Shown here one piece after another: positions 1 to 9,243 of a stretch of 32,000 nt of DNA; the stretch's first letter is position 1; each line of letters starts with the position of its first letter. The translations under genes and the position numbers were made by a program. Source of the DNA: Vibrio alginolyticus NBRC 15630 = ATCC 17749 (GTDB lineage Bacteria > Pseudomonadota > Gammaproteobacteria > Enterobacterales > Vibrionaceae); contig NC_022349.1 of assembly GCF_000354175.2 (NCBI RefSeq), forward strand, positions 3,090,001 through 3,122,000, read 5' to 3'. Below the pieces are notes generated by a model. It saw nothing but the letters and a program-made list of their open reading frames with translations. It had not been told where the DNA came from and searched no databases.

Positions 1-2089
1 CGATGTGAGTCGCAAGCAACAACAGATCGAGTAATTCCTCATCGTTAATTGCAGTGTAGGCTCGGGGTAAGAACGGATAATCACTGATGCCCATACGAAT
101 AATACGATTGACGTTGTGCTGCTGTGCGAACTCATCCACCCAAGTCTGGAATTTTTCGAACATGACTTCGGCAGAAGCATCACGGTCAGCGTTCGGTTCT
201 ATGTAGAGTAAGTTCGCATCTGAGAAATGGTAAAGACGCGACGGTTTTTCTATTTTTTCCGCAAGGAAGTCGCCAAATGCCCGTTCTAGTTCTAGACCTG
301 CCTTATAGCCGTTATGGACGTACATGCTTCGTAAGAATGGCAAATCGATCATAACAAAGCGTAGGCGATCATTAAGTGGTTCGTGGATCAATTCACCCAT
401 TTGCCATTGCTCGAAAGTTTCGCTCGACTTTTTCAATGAGCGAGAAAGCTTAACATTCAGCATACGCAAGTTACGTAAACGAGAGCGAGAGTGGGTGAAG
501 AGGTCGTTACGCAGTTTTTCGATTTCACTTGCTTGGCGCTGCATAATGACACCACGGCGCATAATGAACAAAAACATGACCAAGACAGTAATAAACAATG
601 CAAATGAGATTTTCTGGAATTTACGATGCTCTCTTTCCACTTGCTCTAAGCGTTCTGATTGACCGATGTAATGGATGGTTTGTTCGGCAAATTCTTTTTG
701 CTGACGGAACGCATCCTCACTGATTTGGTTAAGCTGCTTTTGTTCTAGACGAACGAGGTTGGTGTATTTTTTATAAGCTTGCAGAGAAAGTTTGTATTCG
801 CCTGCCTGCTCGTAACCCAAACCAAGTAAACGGTATGACTGCTGCTTAATGAAGTTGTTATTTTCAGGTGACTTTTCAGCAAGCGCTAACGCCAGCTTTG
901 CATTAGTAATGACGTCTTTACTGTCATTTTGATGATAAGCCAGACCTGACTGAAGCAGGGCAGCCTTTGCTTCAAGCTTAGGAATATTGGTGTATTCTAA
1001 AAGCTCTTTAGAGCGGTCTAAGTACTGCTCTGCTAGCGCGTAGTTATAGAGTTGTAGGTAGGTAGCCGCCAAGCTTAAGCGAATTTTAATGATTCTATTG
1101 ATGTTCTTACTGGTACTTTCATGGTCAAGCACGTTGAAGTAATGCACTAACGCAAGGTTAAACTTACCCTGATAAAAGTAGATGTCGCCCATTTGCTCTA
1201 GGACGTCCGCTAGGATCGGAGAGCTAGGGTAAGAGTCATAAAAATCTGCGGCTTGAGATAAGTATTCGATCGCTTTGTCGTACACTCGTCGCTCCTGGAA
1301 GAGCCTAGCCAAAAGGCGATTCACTTTTGCTAACCTTGCACCACTGTTACTTTCAATAGATTGCCAATAACCGTATAGCAGTTCTGACAAAGCCAAATTG
1401 TATTTCTTGCTATTGAGGTAGAACTCGCCGACGGCTGTGTAGTAGTCGATCAAGGCTAACTCAGAGCGGCTATCGTCAAGCATGGTCTTTGCTTCAGAGT
1501 ACAAGTTTTCCGCTTTAATGATATCGCCACTATGTGAAGCGAGGAGTGCTCTTTGCATCACTAGTCGGTAGCGAACACTGTCGGTGCGTTGTAATACGGC
1601 ATCGGCTTCATCGAGCTGTTGTTCAATTTGGTTAAGCGTATCTTCCGCTTTTGAGTAGTTTTCGTCGTACATCCAAATCATTTGGTTGCGCATCAGTTGG
1701 AGATCTAAGTCCATGTACGGCAATTGATATTCTTGCGCTAAGCGTTCCGCTTTATTTAGGTGCTCGATAGCCGAACGAACATTACCCATGGCGTAATCTG
1801 CCTGAGCGATAATCTTGTGCGCTTCGATGGTGCTGCTTGGTGTGCGAACGCTACGATCTGTTTCGTCGCGAGACATGGCTGAAGGGCTGTCACTTTCTTT
1901 GCGTTCTGTTAGTTCACGCTGTGACAAATAGTTGGTTGCCGCTTGTTTTGCTTGTGATGGCTCTATTTCCGCCAATTGTTGTGCTTCGTTGAGTAACGCG
2001 GACGATAAAATGGTTGCATGAAGTGGCTGTACAAACAGCAAGCAAAGAAAGCCAATCAATTTGAATAGACGCGAACTGTCCCAAAACAT
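1..2089 (-). CDS. Partial CDS (C-terminus lies beyond window start): signal/TM segment + TPR-like repeat region + TM + cytoplasmic degenerate GGDEF-like domain; absent from the supplied ORF track
   Basis: Manual minus-strand translation. ATG at 2089-2087 follows GAAAGG. Plus-strand triplets at 2,5,8... contain no tta/cta/tca, giving 696 open codons; the upstream in-frame stop is at 2143-2141. N-terminus is MFWDSSRLFKLIGFLCLLFVQPLHA. A long helical repeat region has TPR-like AxxYY/LG patterns. A second hydrophobic segment ISFALFITVLVMFLFIM lies at 560-610. The C-terminal RFVMIDLPFLRSMYVHNGYKAGLELERAFGDFL...RLYHFSDANLLYIEP...IRMGISDYP follows the GGDEF-domain pattern, with FSDAN (212-226) where GGDEF would sit. 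Confidence 0.8.
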   Translation of the reverse strand, partial: MFWDSSRLFKLIGFLCLLFVQPLHATILSSALLNEAQQLAEIEPSQAKQAATNYLSQRELTERKESDSPSAMSRDETDRSVRTPSSTIEAHKIIAQADYAMGNVRSAIEHLNKAERLAQEYQLPYMDLDLQLMRNQMIWMYDENYSKAEDTLNQIEQQLDEADAVLQRTDSVRYRLVMQRALLASHSGDIIKAENLYSEAKTMLDDSRSELALIDYYTAVGEFYLNSKKYNLALSELLYGYWQSIESNSGARLAKVNRLLARLFQERRVYDKAIEYLSQAADFYDSYPSSPILADVLEQMGDIYFYQGKFNLALVHYFNVLDHESTSKNINRIIKIRLSLAATYLQLYNYALAEQYLDRSKELLEYTNIPKLEAKAALLQSGLAYHQNDSKDVITNAKLALALAEKSPENNNFIKQQSYRLLGLGYEQAGEYKLSLQAYKKYTNLVRLEQKQLNQISEDAFRQQKEFAEQTIHYIGQSERLEQVEREHRKFQKISFALFITVLVMFLFIMRRGVIMQRQASEIEKLRNDLFTHSRSRLRNLRMLNVKLSRSLKKSSETFEQWQMGELIHEPLNDRLRFVMIDLPFLRSMYVHNGYKAGLELERAFGDFLAEKIEKPSRLYHFSDANLLYIEPNADRDASAEVMFEKFQTWVDEFAQQHNVNRIIRMGISDYPFLPRAYTAINDEELLDLLLLATHI

Positions 2090-2196
2090 CCTTTCGTTCC
2101 CTCGAACTGTTTTTAGATATGGCGATAACGGCGAAAAGCCTCAGTTAGCCGTTTAAATGCGGGTTGAAGCCATTTGATATAGTAACATGCTTGGAC

Positions 2197-2231
2197 AATA
2201 AAAACGTCCGGCAACCCTTTAGATTGCCGAA
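2197..2231 (-). terminator. Putative intrinsic terminator after queF
   Basis: On the minus strand TTCGGCAA-N9-TTGCCGGA (8-bp stem, one mismatch) is followed by CGTTTTTATTG, 23 nt after the queF stop. Confidence 0.5.
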
Positions 2232-2253
2232 CTTATTTCTGTTGCCTATGCGT

Positions 2254-3099
2254 TTACTGACGAGCCATACGGTGATTGTGAGCTGGCTTATCTTGTTCCG
2301 TTGAGCGGTAAGGGTTGATATCCAAGCCTCCACGGCGCGTATAGCGGGCAAATACGGTCAGTTTGCTTGGTTGGCAGTATTTCATTAGATCCGTAAAAAT
2401 ACGCTCTACACACTGCTCGTGGAACTCATTGTGCTCGCGGAAAGACACTAAGTAACGTAACAGCTTCTCACGATCTATTTTTGCGCCTTGGTAGCGAATT
2501 TCTACACTGCCCCAGTCGGGTTGGTTAGTGATCAAACAGTTTGATTTCAATAGGTGGCTATGTAGCACCTCTTCAACTTGTGCTTCACCTGCCGCACCTC
2601 CAAGCAAATCGGCATCAAAATCGTAACTGGTGATGTCAATGTCTTGGTCATCTATACATTCACCGTCCATTGTTACGATAGGTTGATTGGTATAGTGGGT
2701 CACTGGATTCACCTCAACCAGCACCTTTTCACCTGCGCATTCAGACAGGTCTTGTGTTAAACGCTCAGTCACTTCTTCCCAGCTTGCAAAGCGGGTTTGG
2801 TTATAGCTGTTTAAGTACAGTTTGAAAGACTTCGATTCAATCAAGTTTGCGCTGGTGGCTGGAATGTATACTTCGCCAACGGCCACTTGTGGTAAACCTT
2901 TACTATTTAACCAAGACAGTTCATACAGCGTCCAAATGTCGTGCCCCATGAAAGGCAGAGTATCGCCTAACTGAAGGTCATCTCGGTTCAGGCTGCGAGG
3001 GACTGGTTGCAGCAAGCTTGGGTCATACTGGTTCGCATACTCGGTCGTTTTACCTAGTGTTAGGCCAGCAAGCTCTTTAGCGTCAGAATATTTGCTCAT
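2254..3099 (-). CDS. queF: NADPH-dependent 7-cyano-7-deazaguanine (preQ0) reductase, long YqcD-type QueF
   Basis: 281-aa ORF. Carries the QueF motif [12 protein letters not shown] and the catalytic-Cys context [13 protein letters not shown]. Length matches the ~280-aa E. coli-type enzyme. Divergent from syd as in E. coli. Confidence 0.93.
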   Translation of the reverse strand: MSKYSDAKELAGLTLGKTTEYANQYDPSLLQPVPRSLNRDDLQLGDTLPFMGHDIWTLYELSWLNSKGLPQVAVGEVYIPATSANLIESKSFKLYLNSYNQTRFASWEEVTERLTQDLSECAGEKVLVEVNPVTHYTNQPIVTMDGECIDDQDIDITSYDFDADLLGGAAGEAQVEEVLHSHLLKSNCLITNQPDWGSVEIRYQGAKIDREKLLRYLVSFREHNEFHEQCVERIFTDLMKYCQPSKLTVFARYTRRGGLDINPYRSTEQDKPAHNHRMARQ

Positions 3100-3207
3100 A
3101 CTTTGTGGTCGTTTTCGATTAGAATGGCGAGAATTTTACTGAATCCGCTGGTCAATTGCCATCCGGCAAGTACGGCTATCTGATAAATAAGGAATGAGGA
3201 GACCTTC

Positions 3208-3753
3208 ATGACCCAAAACGTTACTCAGGCGCTACAAGAGTTCAGCCTGCGCTACCAACAAGCTTGGCAAGCTAAGCACAATGAGTTGCCAAGCAGTGAA
3301 GAGCTTGCAGAGCTTGTTTCTCCTTGTGTCGAAGAGAAGCGTGATGGAAAGGTGCTTTGGAAAGCGGTCGCACGTGATGAAATGGCCGATTTCACCAATG
3401 TGGAAAATGCGATTGAGTTGTCACTGCAAGATGATGTTAAAGCCTTTTATGGTTCTCAATACTGCGCCGATATGGAGGCAACTTGGCAAGGTAATTCGTT
3501 GACGCTGCTGCAAGTCTGGAGCGATGACGATTTCGTGCGTCTACAAGAAAATATTCTTGGTCATTTGGTGACGCAGCGCCGCTTGAAACTTAAACCAACA
3601 GTATTTATCGCAGCGACAGATGAGGAAATGGATGTGATTTCTATTTGTAACCTCACTGGCAATGTGATTCTAGAGCGTTTGGGCACCTCTAAACGTGATG
3701 TATTGGCAGATTCATTGGTTGAGTTCTTGAATAAGTTAGAGGCTGCCGTCTAA
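3208..3753 (+). CDS. syd: SecY-interacting protein Syd
   Basis: 181-aa ORF with GAGGAG upstream. Collinear with E. coli Syd as I recall it ([38 protein letters not shown]; ICNLTG). Confidence 0.9.
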   Translation: MTQNVTQALQEFSLRYQQAWQAKHNELPSSEELAELVSPCVEEKRDGKVLWKAVARDEMADFTNVENAIELSLQDDVKAFYGSQYCADMEATWQGNSLTLLQVWSDDDFVRLQENILGHLVTQRRLKLKPTVFIAATDEEMDVISICNLTGNVILERLGTSKRDVLADSLVEFLNKLEAAV

Positions 3754-3755
3754 GT

Positions 3756-4532
3756 ATGTATGTTGTTGAGTTGCAGTTTGAGTGTTTTGATAACACCACC
3801 GTCAGCGCGGTAGACAAAGCCATTAATGGCTTGATGGATGCTCTGCGTTACAACGGCCAAGTATTAGGTCGTGAATTTCCGATAGTGATGGGAGAAGGTG
3901 AATTTTTCGTTCGTGTTGTTTGCCCAGAACAAGACAGCTTGCATCCACGTTATCACTCAGATTTCGTCAAAGTGTGCATGAACCGTTTGTCGGATGCGTC
4001 TTTGCTTGCTCCGAAAATGCGTATGCTGGGGCGTGATTTGAATTCAGAACAAGCAGCCGAAGAAGAGACACCTAGCTGGCAAGTGTTGTACACGACTTAT
4101 GTTCATACGTGTTCGCCTTTGCGAAGTGGTGAAACCCTGTTGCCAATTCCTTTGTATCGTAATGAGCCAACACTTAATGGAGACCATAAAGCCGTCATTA
4201 AGTGGCAGACTGAGTGGCAAGCGTGTGATGAAATCCAAATGGCAGGGGGTTGCCGAGCGGAACATGCGGCGCTGCACGAAATTTGCGATGTGGATAGTGT
4301 GCTGTTTCGCCGAGGTTGGGACTTACGTGGCCGTATCGAATACATCACGAAGATCCCTACGTACTATTACCAGTATCGTGTCGGAGGTCAGTCGCTGGAG
4401 AGCGAGAAAGCGCGCAAGTGTCCAAAATGCGATGGCGAGTGGCTACTCGATGAGCCACTACATGACATATTTCATTTTAAGTGTGATGACTGCCGAATCG
4501 TGTCGAATATCTCTTGGGACCACCTTAAGTAG
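3756..4532 (+). CDS. Zn-ribbon-containing protein of unknown function (resembles the DUF2310-type family, from memory)
   Basis: 258-aa ORF whose ATG is 2 nt after the syd TAA (3751-3753). The C-terminus has two CxxC pairs (CPKCDGEW ... CDDCRIVS). No enzymatic motif recognised. Confidence 0.7.
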   Translation: MYVVELQFECFDNTTVSAVDKAINGLMDALRYNGQVLGREFPIVMGEGEFFVRVVCPEQDSLHPRYHSDFVKVCMNRLSDASLLAPKMRMLGRDLNSEQAAEEETPSWQVLYTTYVHTCSPLRSGETLLPIPLYRNEPTLNGDHKAVIKWQTEWQACDEIQMAGGCRAEHAALHEICDVDSVLFRRGWDLRGRIEYITKIPTYYYQYRVGGQSLESEKARKCPKCDGEWLLDEPLHDIFHFKCDDCRIVSNISWDHLK

Positions 4533-4568
4533 CGAATTGAAGCTACTTAAATGGTTAGATAGAGAAAT

Positions 4569-4601
4569 AAAAAGGGCTGATGTTTTTACATCAGCCCTTT
4601 T
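4569..4601. terminator. Bidirectional intrinsic terminator shared by the Zn-ribbon gene (+) and metQ (-)
   Basis: Perfect stem AAAGGGCTGATG / CATCAGCCCTTT with loop TTTTTA, flanked by an A-run upstream and a T-run downstream. Confidence 0.85.
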
Positions 4602-4658
4602 AGGTTTAGAACGTTTACGTTTGGAACGTTGTTTTCGGTCATGTTTTGAAAAGTGGGA

Positions 4659-5468
4659 TTACCAACCTTTCACAACACCACCTTTGAACAGCTCTTTTGC
4701 CGCTTCGTAAACTTCTTCCGTTTGGTAAGCTTTTACGAAGTTTTGTACGTTTTGCGCATTAACATTTTCTTCGCGAGCGACAATTAGGTTTACGTATGGT
4801 GAGTCTTTATCTTCAACGAACACGCCGTCACGCTCTGGCGATAGGTCGATAGAGCTTGCGTAAGTGGTGTTGATGATAGATAGCGTTACGTCATCCAGTG
4901 AACGTGGAAGCTGTGGGGCTTCTAGTTCAATGATTTCGATATTTTTAGGGTTGCCTACGATGTCACGTACTGTAGCGAGTAGACCAACGCCATCACGTAG
5001 CGTAATCAAACCTTGTTGCTCAAGAAGCAGTAGTGAGCGACCTAGGTTAGTTGGGTCGTTTGGTACTGCGATGCGTGCGCCATCTTGAATTTCATCAATT
5101 GATTTTACTTGCTTTGAGTAACCAGCAATAGGGTAAACGAATGAGTTACCCGCGATAGCCAGTTTGTAGCCGCGGTCTTTCACTTGTTGGTCTAGGTATG
5201 GTTTGTGCTGGAACGCATTCGCGTCTACTGAACCATCATCCAGAGCGGCGTTTGGTGTTACGTAATCGGTAAATGTTACTAGCTCAACGTCTAGGTTGTA
5301 TTTCTCTTTTGCTACTTTAGCGGCAACTTCGGCTACTTGTGCTTCAGCACCAGCAATAACGCCAACTTTTACTTTGTTTACGTCTACTTCTTTGTCGCCG
5401 CAACCCGCTAGAGCAAGAGCAGAGGCGGCCGTTGCTACAGTCAAAAGACCTTTAAGGCTAAATTTCAT
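4659..5468 (-). CDS. metQ: D-methionine ABC transporter substrate-binding lipoprotein
   Basis: 269-aa ORF. Signal peptide with lipobox LALAGC. NlpA/MetQ-like sequence. Last gene of the metNIQ order. Confidence 0.92.
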   Translation of the reverse strand: MKFSLKGLLTVATAASALALAGCGDKEVDVNKVKVGVIAGAEAQVAEVAAKVAKEKYNLDVELVTFTDYVTPNAALDDGSVDANAFQHKPYLDQQVKDRGYKLAIAGNSFVYPIAGYSKQVKSIDEIQDGARIAVPNDPTNLGRSLLLLEQQGLITLRDGVGLLATVRDIVGNPKNIEIIELEAPQLPRSLDDVTLSIINTTYASSIDLSPERDGVFVEDKDSPYVNLIVAREENVNAQNVQNFVKAYQTEEVYEAAKELFKGGVVKGW

Positions 5469-5500
5469 CTTTATCTCCTTATAATTTGTATTTTTGATGC

Positions 5501-6178
5501 TTATCTGTGGTCTACACGGCGCACCACTGCGTCGCCGATAGACTGAATAATCTGTACTAGAACAATCAACATCACGACAGTCACGGCCATGATAGTTACA
5601 TCGTAGCGGTGGAAACCGTAACGAATGGCTACGTCACCTAGGCCGCCGCCGCCTACCGTACCCGCCATAGCTGAGTAGCTAACGAGAGTGACCAAGGTAA
5701 TCGTTACTGAGTTAACAATAGTCGGCATTGCTTCAGGTAGTAGAACTTTTGTGATGATCTGTGTTGGTGTCGCCCCCATTGACTGCGCTGCTTCCACCAA
5801 GCCTGTCGGTACTTCTAATAAAGCACCTTCAATAAGACGAGCGACAAAAGGAATGGCGCCAATAGTCAGTGGGACGATTGCTGCGGTTGTGCCGATAAAG
5901 GTTCCAACTAGCATTTTTGTCACTGGAATAATCGCAACCATCAGTACGAGGAATGGCACTGAACGACCAATGTTAACGATAGCGCCTAAGCCGCTATTTA
6001 GTTTGGTGTTTTCAAGTAGGCCGCCTTTCTTAGTAATATGGAGGATTACGCCTAATGGAATACCCACAGCAAAGCCGACTAATCCGGCAACCGCAACCAT
6101 GTAAAGCGTTTCCCACGTTGCACCTAAAAGTAGTTTGCTGTTTAAACTCAGCCATTCAGAAATCGTATTAAAGGACAT
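5501..6178 (-). CDS. metI: D-methionine ABC transporter permease
   Basis: Collinear with E. coli MetI ([24 protein letters not shown]). The track start at 6184 is a TTG. The ATG at 6178 (MSFNTISEW) is more likely and overlaps the metN stop by 11 nt. Confidence 0.9.
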   Translation of the reverse strand: MSFNTISEWLSLNSKLLLGATWETLYMVAVAGLVGFAVGIPLGVILHITKKGGLLENTKLNSGLGAIVNIGRSVPFLVLMVAIIPVTKMLVGTFIGTTAAIVPLTIGAIPFVARLIEGALLEVPTGLVEAAQSMGATPTQIITKVLLPEAMPTIVNSVTITLVTLVSYSAMAGTVGGGGLGDVAIRYGFHRYDVTIMAVTVVMLIVLVQIIQSIGDAVVRRVDHR

Positions 6179-7202
6179 AACCAAGTACCTCTACTTTTAC
6201 GTTGTGCTTACGCAGGTATTCAAGAGCTGCGTTGTCATCTTCTTCGTTACCAAATAGCTCTGCGACCATCATGCCGAATTTCACGCCACCAGCGTAATCA
6301 AGGTCGGAACTCAAAATACTCACATCAATATTGTATTTACGAGAAATTTGCGACATTAACGGTGCATCGACGGTTGCGCCAGTAAACTCTAAGCGAACCA
6401 ACGGGTAGCTGCCATCAACACGCTCTGCTTGCAGACGTGCTTGGTAATCTTCAGGAATGGAAAGATCCAGCGTTGAGCGAATGAATTGGTGTGCTAGCTC
6501 TGTCTTAGGGTGCGCAAAAATATCGCCAACGGTGCCTTTTTCCACCAGCTCACCACCACCGATGATTGCTACTTCGTGACAGATGCTTTTTACGACTTCC
6601 ATTTCGTGAGTGATAAGTAAAATCGTGATGTTGAGTTTGCGGTTGATCTCTTTCAATAACTCAAGGATAGATTGAGTTGTTGCTGGATCTAGTGCGCTAG
6701 TGGCCTCATCACAAAGCAGCACGCTAGGATCGGATGCCAATGCACGAGCAATTGCCACACGCTGTTTTTGTCCGCCACTTAAGTTAGATGGGTAGCTCTC
6801 GTGTTTGTCGGCTAAGCTTACAAGCTTTAGCAACTCAGTTACTTTTGCTGTGATTTGCGATTTGTCTTTACCTGCCAGTTCTAGTGGCAGTGCTACATTA
6901 TCAAACACAGTACGAGACGAAAGCAGGTTAAAGTGCTGGAAGATCATGCCAATGTTACGGCGTGTTTCGACTAGTTGTTTTTTGCTGAGTTTGGTTAGAT
7001 CTACACCATCAACGATGATGGAACCAGAGGTCGGTGCTTCTAGCATGTTGACACAGCGAATCAGCGTACTTTTACCAGCACCTGATGAACCGATAACACC
7101 AAAGATGGTGCCTTTGTCGATGTGTAGGTTAATGTCTTTCAGGGCAAGGATTTCCTTACTGCCTTGGTAGAACACTTTATTGACGTTTTTTATTTCTATC
7201 AT
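6168..7202 (-). CDS. metN: D-methionine ABC transporter ATP-binding protein
   Basis: 344 aa. Walker [10 protein letters not shown], signature LSGGQKQR, Walker [12 protein letters not shown], and a C-terminal regulatory (NIL-type) extension typical of MetN. Confidence 0.95.
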   Translation of the reverse strand: MIEIKNVNKVFYQGSKEILALKDINLHIDKGTIFGVIGSSGAGKSTLIRCVNMLEAPTSGSIIVDGVDLTKLSKKQLVETRRNIGMIFQHFNLLSSRTVFDNVALPLELAGKDKSQITAKVTELLKLVSLADKHESYPSNLSGGQKQRVAIARALASDPSVLLCDEATSALDPATTQSILELLKEINRKLNITILLITHEMEVVKSICHEVAIIGGGELVEKGTVGDIFAHPKTELAHQFIRSTLDLSIPEDYQARLQAERVDGSYPLVRLEFTGATVDAPLMSQISRKYNIDVSILSSDLDYAGGVKFGMMVAELFGNEEDDNAALEYLRKHNVKVEVLGYVL

Positions 7203-7293
7203 GTTTCAACCTGCCCAAAGATACGGGGAACTTCGCTGTCAAAAACGGCCTTTGACAGAACTTAATGTTGAGCTTTATCTCAATTTTCAGTTG

Positions 7294-7322
7294 ATGCTAT
7301 GGGTTAAGCAGAATGAAGTCAA
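7294..7322 (-). promoter_or_regulatory. Candidate sigma70 promoter for metNIQ
   Basis: The minus strand reads TTGACT (7322-7317), a 17-nt spacer, then TAGCAT (7299-7294). This predicts an ~85-nt leader containing the hairpin CTGTCAAA-N7-TTTGACAG (7236-7258). Confidence 0.45.
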
Positions 7323-7331
7323 TAGATATTT

Positions 7332-7363
7332 TTACGTCTAGACGTCTAAATGTATGGATGTTC
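7332..7363. promoter_or_regulatory. MetJ operator (tandem met boxes)
   Basis: ttACGTCT AGACGTCT (7332-7347) is one near-perfect plus one perfect copy of the 8-bp met box AGACGTCT. Two weaker in-register boxes follow (AAATGTAT, GGATGTTC). The site lies just upstream of the candidate metN -35. Confidence 0.7.
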
Positions 7364-7543
7364 TGTTTTGAAACGAAGATGTATAGATAACAAGCAGGAG
7401 GTAGACGGCGGGGCACCCTCAGATTTACCGATTCTTGCCCAACAAATCAACCGTTTTGTCGAGGCCTAGAATGAATTAGATAGTGTTGAAGTTTATAAGG
7501 TATGTAATAATCTGATTAAACCGAGTTAATAGAGAAATACGTT

Positions 7544-8095
7544 TTGGCAAAACCTGCTGTTTTTATCGATCGTGATGGCGTGATAAACGTTGACCACGGC
7601 TACGTTCATGACGAACATGATTTTGAGTACATTGATGGTGTATTTGAAGCGACGAAAGCGCTAAAAGATAAAGGCTACCTTCTAGTGTTAGTGACGAATC
7701 AATCGGGCATCGCACGCGGTAAATTCAGTGAAGACCGTTTCTTGTCTCTGACTCAATGGATGGATTGGAACTTTGCTGATAATGGTGTTGAGTTCGATGG
7801 TATCTATTACTGTCCACATCATCCAGAACATGGCATTGGCGAGTACAAGCAAGATTGTGAGTGCCGTAAGCCAAAACCAGGCATGTTCATTTCTGCGCGT
7901 GACTTCTTGAAGATCGACATGGAGAAATCTGTGATGATCGGCGATAAAGCTGAAGACATGATGGCAGCAGAAGCGGCAGGCGTTGGCACTAAGATTTTGG
8001 TTCGCACTGGTAAGCCAGTAACGGAACAGGGCGAAGCCATTGCAACGGTAGTATTAGATAGCATTGCAGATGTGCCTGCGTACTTAAACAAGTAA
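7544..8095 (+). CDS. gmhB: D-glycero-beta-D-manno-heptose-1,7-bisphosphate 7-phosphatase
   Basis: 183 aa with a TTG start (TTG GCA AAA = MAK, as in E. coli GmhB). HAD motif FIDRDGVIN. Zn-site CPHHP...[10 protein letters not shown]. Divergent from metN as in E. coli. Confidence 0.92.
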   Translation: MAKPAVFIDRDGVINVDHGYVHDEHDFEYIDGVFEATKALKDKGYLLVLVTNQSGIARGKFSEDRFLSLTQWMDWNFADNGVEFDGIYYCPHHPEHGIGEYKQDCECRKPKPGMFISARDFLKIDMEKSVMIGDKAEDMMAAEAAGVGTKILVRTGKPVTEQGEAIATVVLDSIADVPAYLNK

Positions 8096-8115
8096 TCTTC
8101 ATTACTGACTGAGAT

Positions 8116-8146
8116 AAGGGAAGCCACTGCTTCCCTTTTGTTTGAT
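8116..8146 (+). terminator. Intrinsic terminator after gmhB
   Basis: AAGGGAAGC-CACT-GCTTCCCTT followed by TTGTTTG. Confidence 0.75.
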
Positions 8147-8169
8147 TCCTTCTTTTAATCTGAACACTT

Positions 8170-9117
8170 ATGAGCAAAAAACTCACCATTCTTGATATCG
8201 CAAAATTGGCAGGCGTGGGCAAATCAACAGTAAGCCGTGTGCTTACTAACGATCCAAAAGTGAAACCGCAAACGCGTGAGAAGGTAGAGCAAATCATTCG
8301 TGAATCAGGCTACGTCCCATCAAAGTCGGCGCAGTCGATGCGTGGTGGCAGTCAAAAGGTTATTGGGGTTATCATCTCCCGTTTAGATTCACCATCAGAA
8401 AATCGCGCCGTTGGTACCATGCTCAATGCTTTGTATTCCGCTGGTTATGATGCGGTGATCATGGAGAGCCAATTCGATCGCGATAAAACCAATGAACATT
8501 TGGATGTGCTTAAACGTCGCAACGTCGATGGGGTGATCGTGTTTGGCTTTACTGGATGTGATGAGCGAGCATTGGCGGAGTGGGGGAATCGTATCGTCGT
8601 GATCGCGATGGACACGCAAATGGTTTCTTCGATCAACTACGACAACCAAGGTGTGATAGACATGGCTTTGTCTCATCTTGAGCAGCAATCTTTATCTCAC
8701 ATTGCTTATATTGGTGTTGATCCTGAAGACAAAACCACTGGCTTAGCTCGTCTAAATGCTTATAAAGCTTGGTGTCAACGCAAGCAAATTGCACCTTGTT
8801 TCCAAACGGGTAAGTTGAGCCATGAAAGTGCTTATCAGTTGGTAGACAAAGTCCTTCAATCTGATACTCAGGCCATCGTGTGCGCCAGTGACACTATCGC
8901 GTTGGGCGTGATTAAGCGTCTTCAAGAGTTAGGCCGTGAAGACGTGGTTGTGACAGGTGTTGGTGGTAATGAATTGCTCTCTTTCCTTTTCCCTAAAGTA
9001 TTTAGTGTCGATCCAGGTTATACCCTTGCAGGTGAGAAGTCCGCTAACATGCTGATCAATCAATTAAATGGCGATGAGGAAGTGGTTCACTTTACTCAAC
9101 AGCCTATCGTTTGTTAA
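8170..9117 (+). CDS. treR: LacI-family trehalose operon repressor
   Basis: 315 aa, the same length as E. coli TreR and collinear with it (LTILDIAKLAGVGKSTVSRVL, MESQFD, LKRRNVDGVI, VDPGY). Directly upstream of treBC. Confidence 0.9.
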   Translation: MSKKLTILDIAKLAGVGKSTVSRVLTNDPKVKPQTREKVEQIIRESGYVPSKSAQSMRGGSQKVIGVIISRLDSPSENRAVGTMLNALYSAGYDAVIMESQFDRDKTNEHLDVLKRRNVDGVIVFGFTGCDERALAEWGNRIVVIAMDTQMVSSINYDNQGVIDMALSHLEQQSLSHIAYIGVDPEDKTTGLARLNAYKAWCQRKQIAPCFQTGKLSHESAYQLVDKVLQSDTQAIVCASDTIALGVIKRLQELGREDVVVTGVGGNELLSFLFPKVFSVDPGYTLAGEKSANMLINQLNGDEEVVHFTQQPIVC

Positions 9118-9150
9118 TCCACACTAAAACGATCTGCTCTAAAATTATAC

Positions 9151-9166
9151 TGTGATCATTCTCAAT
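9151..9166. promoter_or_regulatory. CRP-like site upstream of treB
   Basis: TGTGAtcattcTCAAT against the consensus TGTGA-N6-TCACA: left half perfect, right half 3/5. E. coli treBC is cAMP-CRP dependent. Confidence 0.35.
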
Positions 9167-9167
9167 T

Positions 9168-9187
9168 AATGGGACTGTTCCCATTTT
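9168..9187. promoter_or_regulatory. Putative TreR operator 1
   Basis: AATGGGACTGTTCCCATTTT. The core ATGGGA-CTGT-TCCCAT (9169-9184) is a 16-bp LacI-type palindrome. Confidence 0.65.
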
Positions 9188-9223
9188 GTTTTTTGTCTTC
9201 GAATGGCAATATTAAAATTAAGA

Positions 9224-9243
9224 AATGGGAATGTTCCCATTTA
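9224..9243. promoter_or_regulatory. Putative TreR operator 2
   Basis: AATGGGAATGTTCCCATTTA (core 9225-9240). Near-identical second copy 56 bp from operator 1 and about 50 nt upstream of the treB ATG. Confidence 0.65.

Noticed and set aside
324-662. 112-aa plus-strand ORF, the only track entry in the first 2 kb
   Set aside because: It lies entirely antisense to the 696-codon minus-strand ORF, which has coherent domain structure. It is Arg/Ser/Lys-rich and low-complexity, typical of a shadow frame.
2145-2351. 68-aa minus-strand ORF overlapping the queF 3' end and terminator
   Set aside because: It is an alternative frame of queF extending across the queF terminator, with no independent signals.
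4608-4631. Clustered AACGTT/ACGTT words (GAACGTTTACGTTTGGAACGTTG) between the terminator and the metQ stop
   Set aside because: The cluster is very short and low-complexity, sits in a 3' UTR and matches no binding-site family I can name. It could easily be chance.
4099-4710. 203-aa plus-strand ORF overlapping the Zn-ribbon gene
   Set aside because: It is an alternative frame of a better-supported gene. It also runs through the strong bidirectional terminator (4569-4601) and into the 3' end of metQ, so it is not a plausible transcription or translation unit.
5688-7170. 138-aa and 121-aa plus-strand ORFs inside metI and metN
   Set aside because: These are antisense shadow ORFs of conserved ABC-transporter genes. 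Their Ser/Thr/Ala/Pro-rich composition comes from reverse-reading hydrophobic codons.
7819-8297. Two 102-aa minus-strand ORFs spanning the gmhB 3' end and the treR 5' end
   Set aside because: They are antisense to two conserved genes and cross the gmhB terminator. No supporting signals were found.
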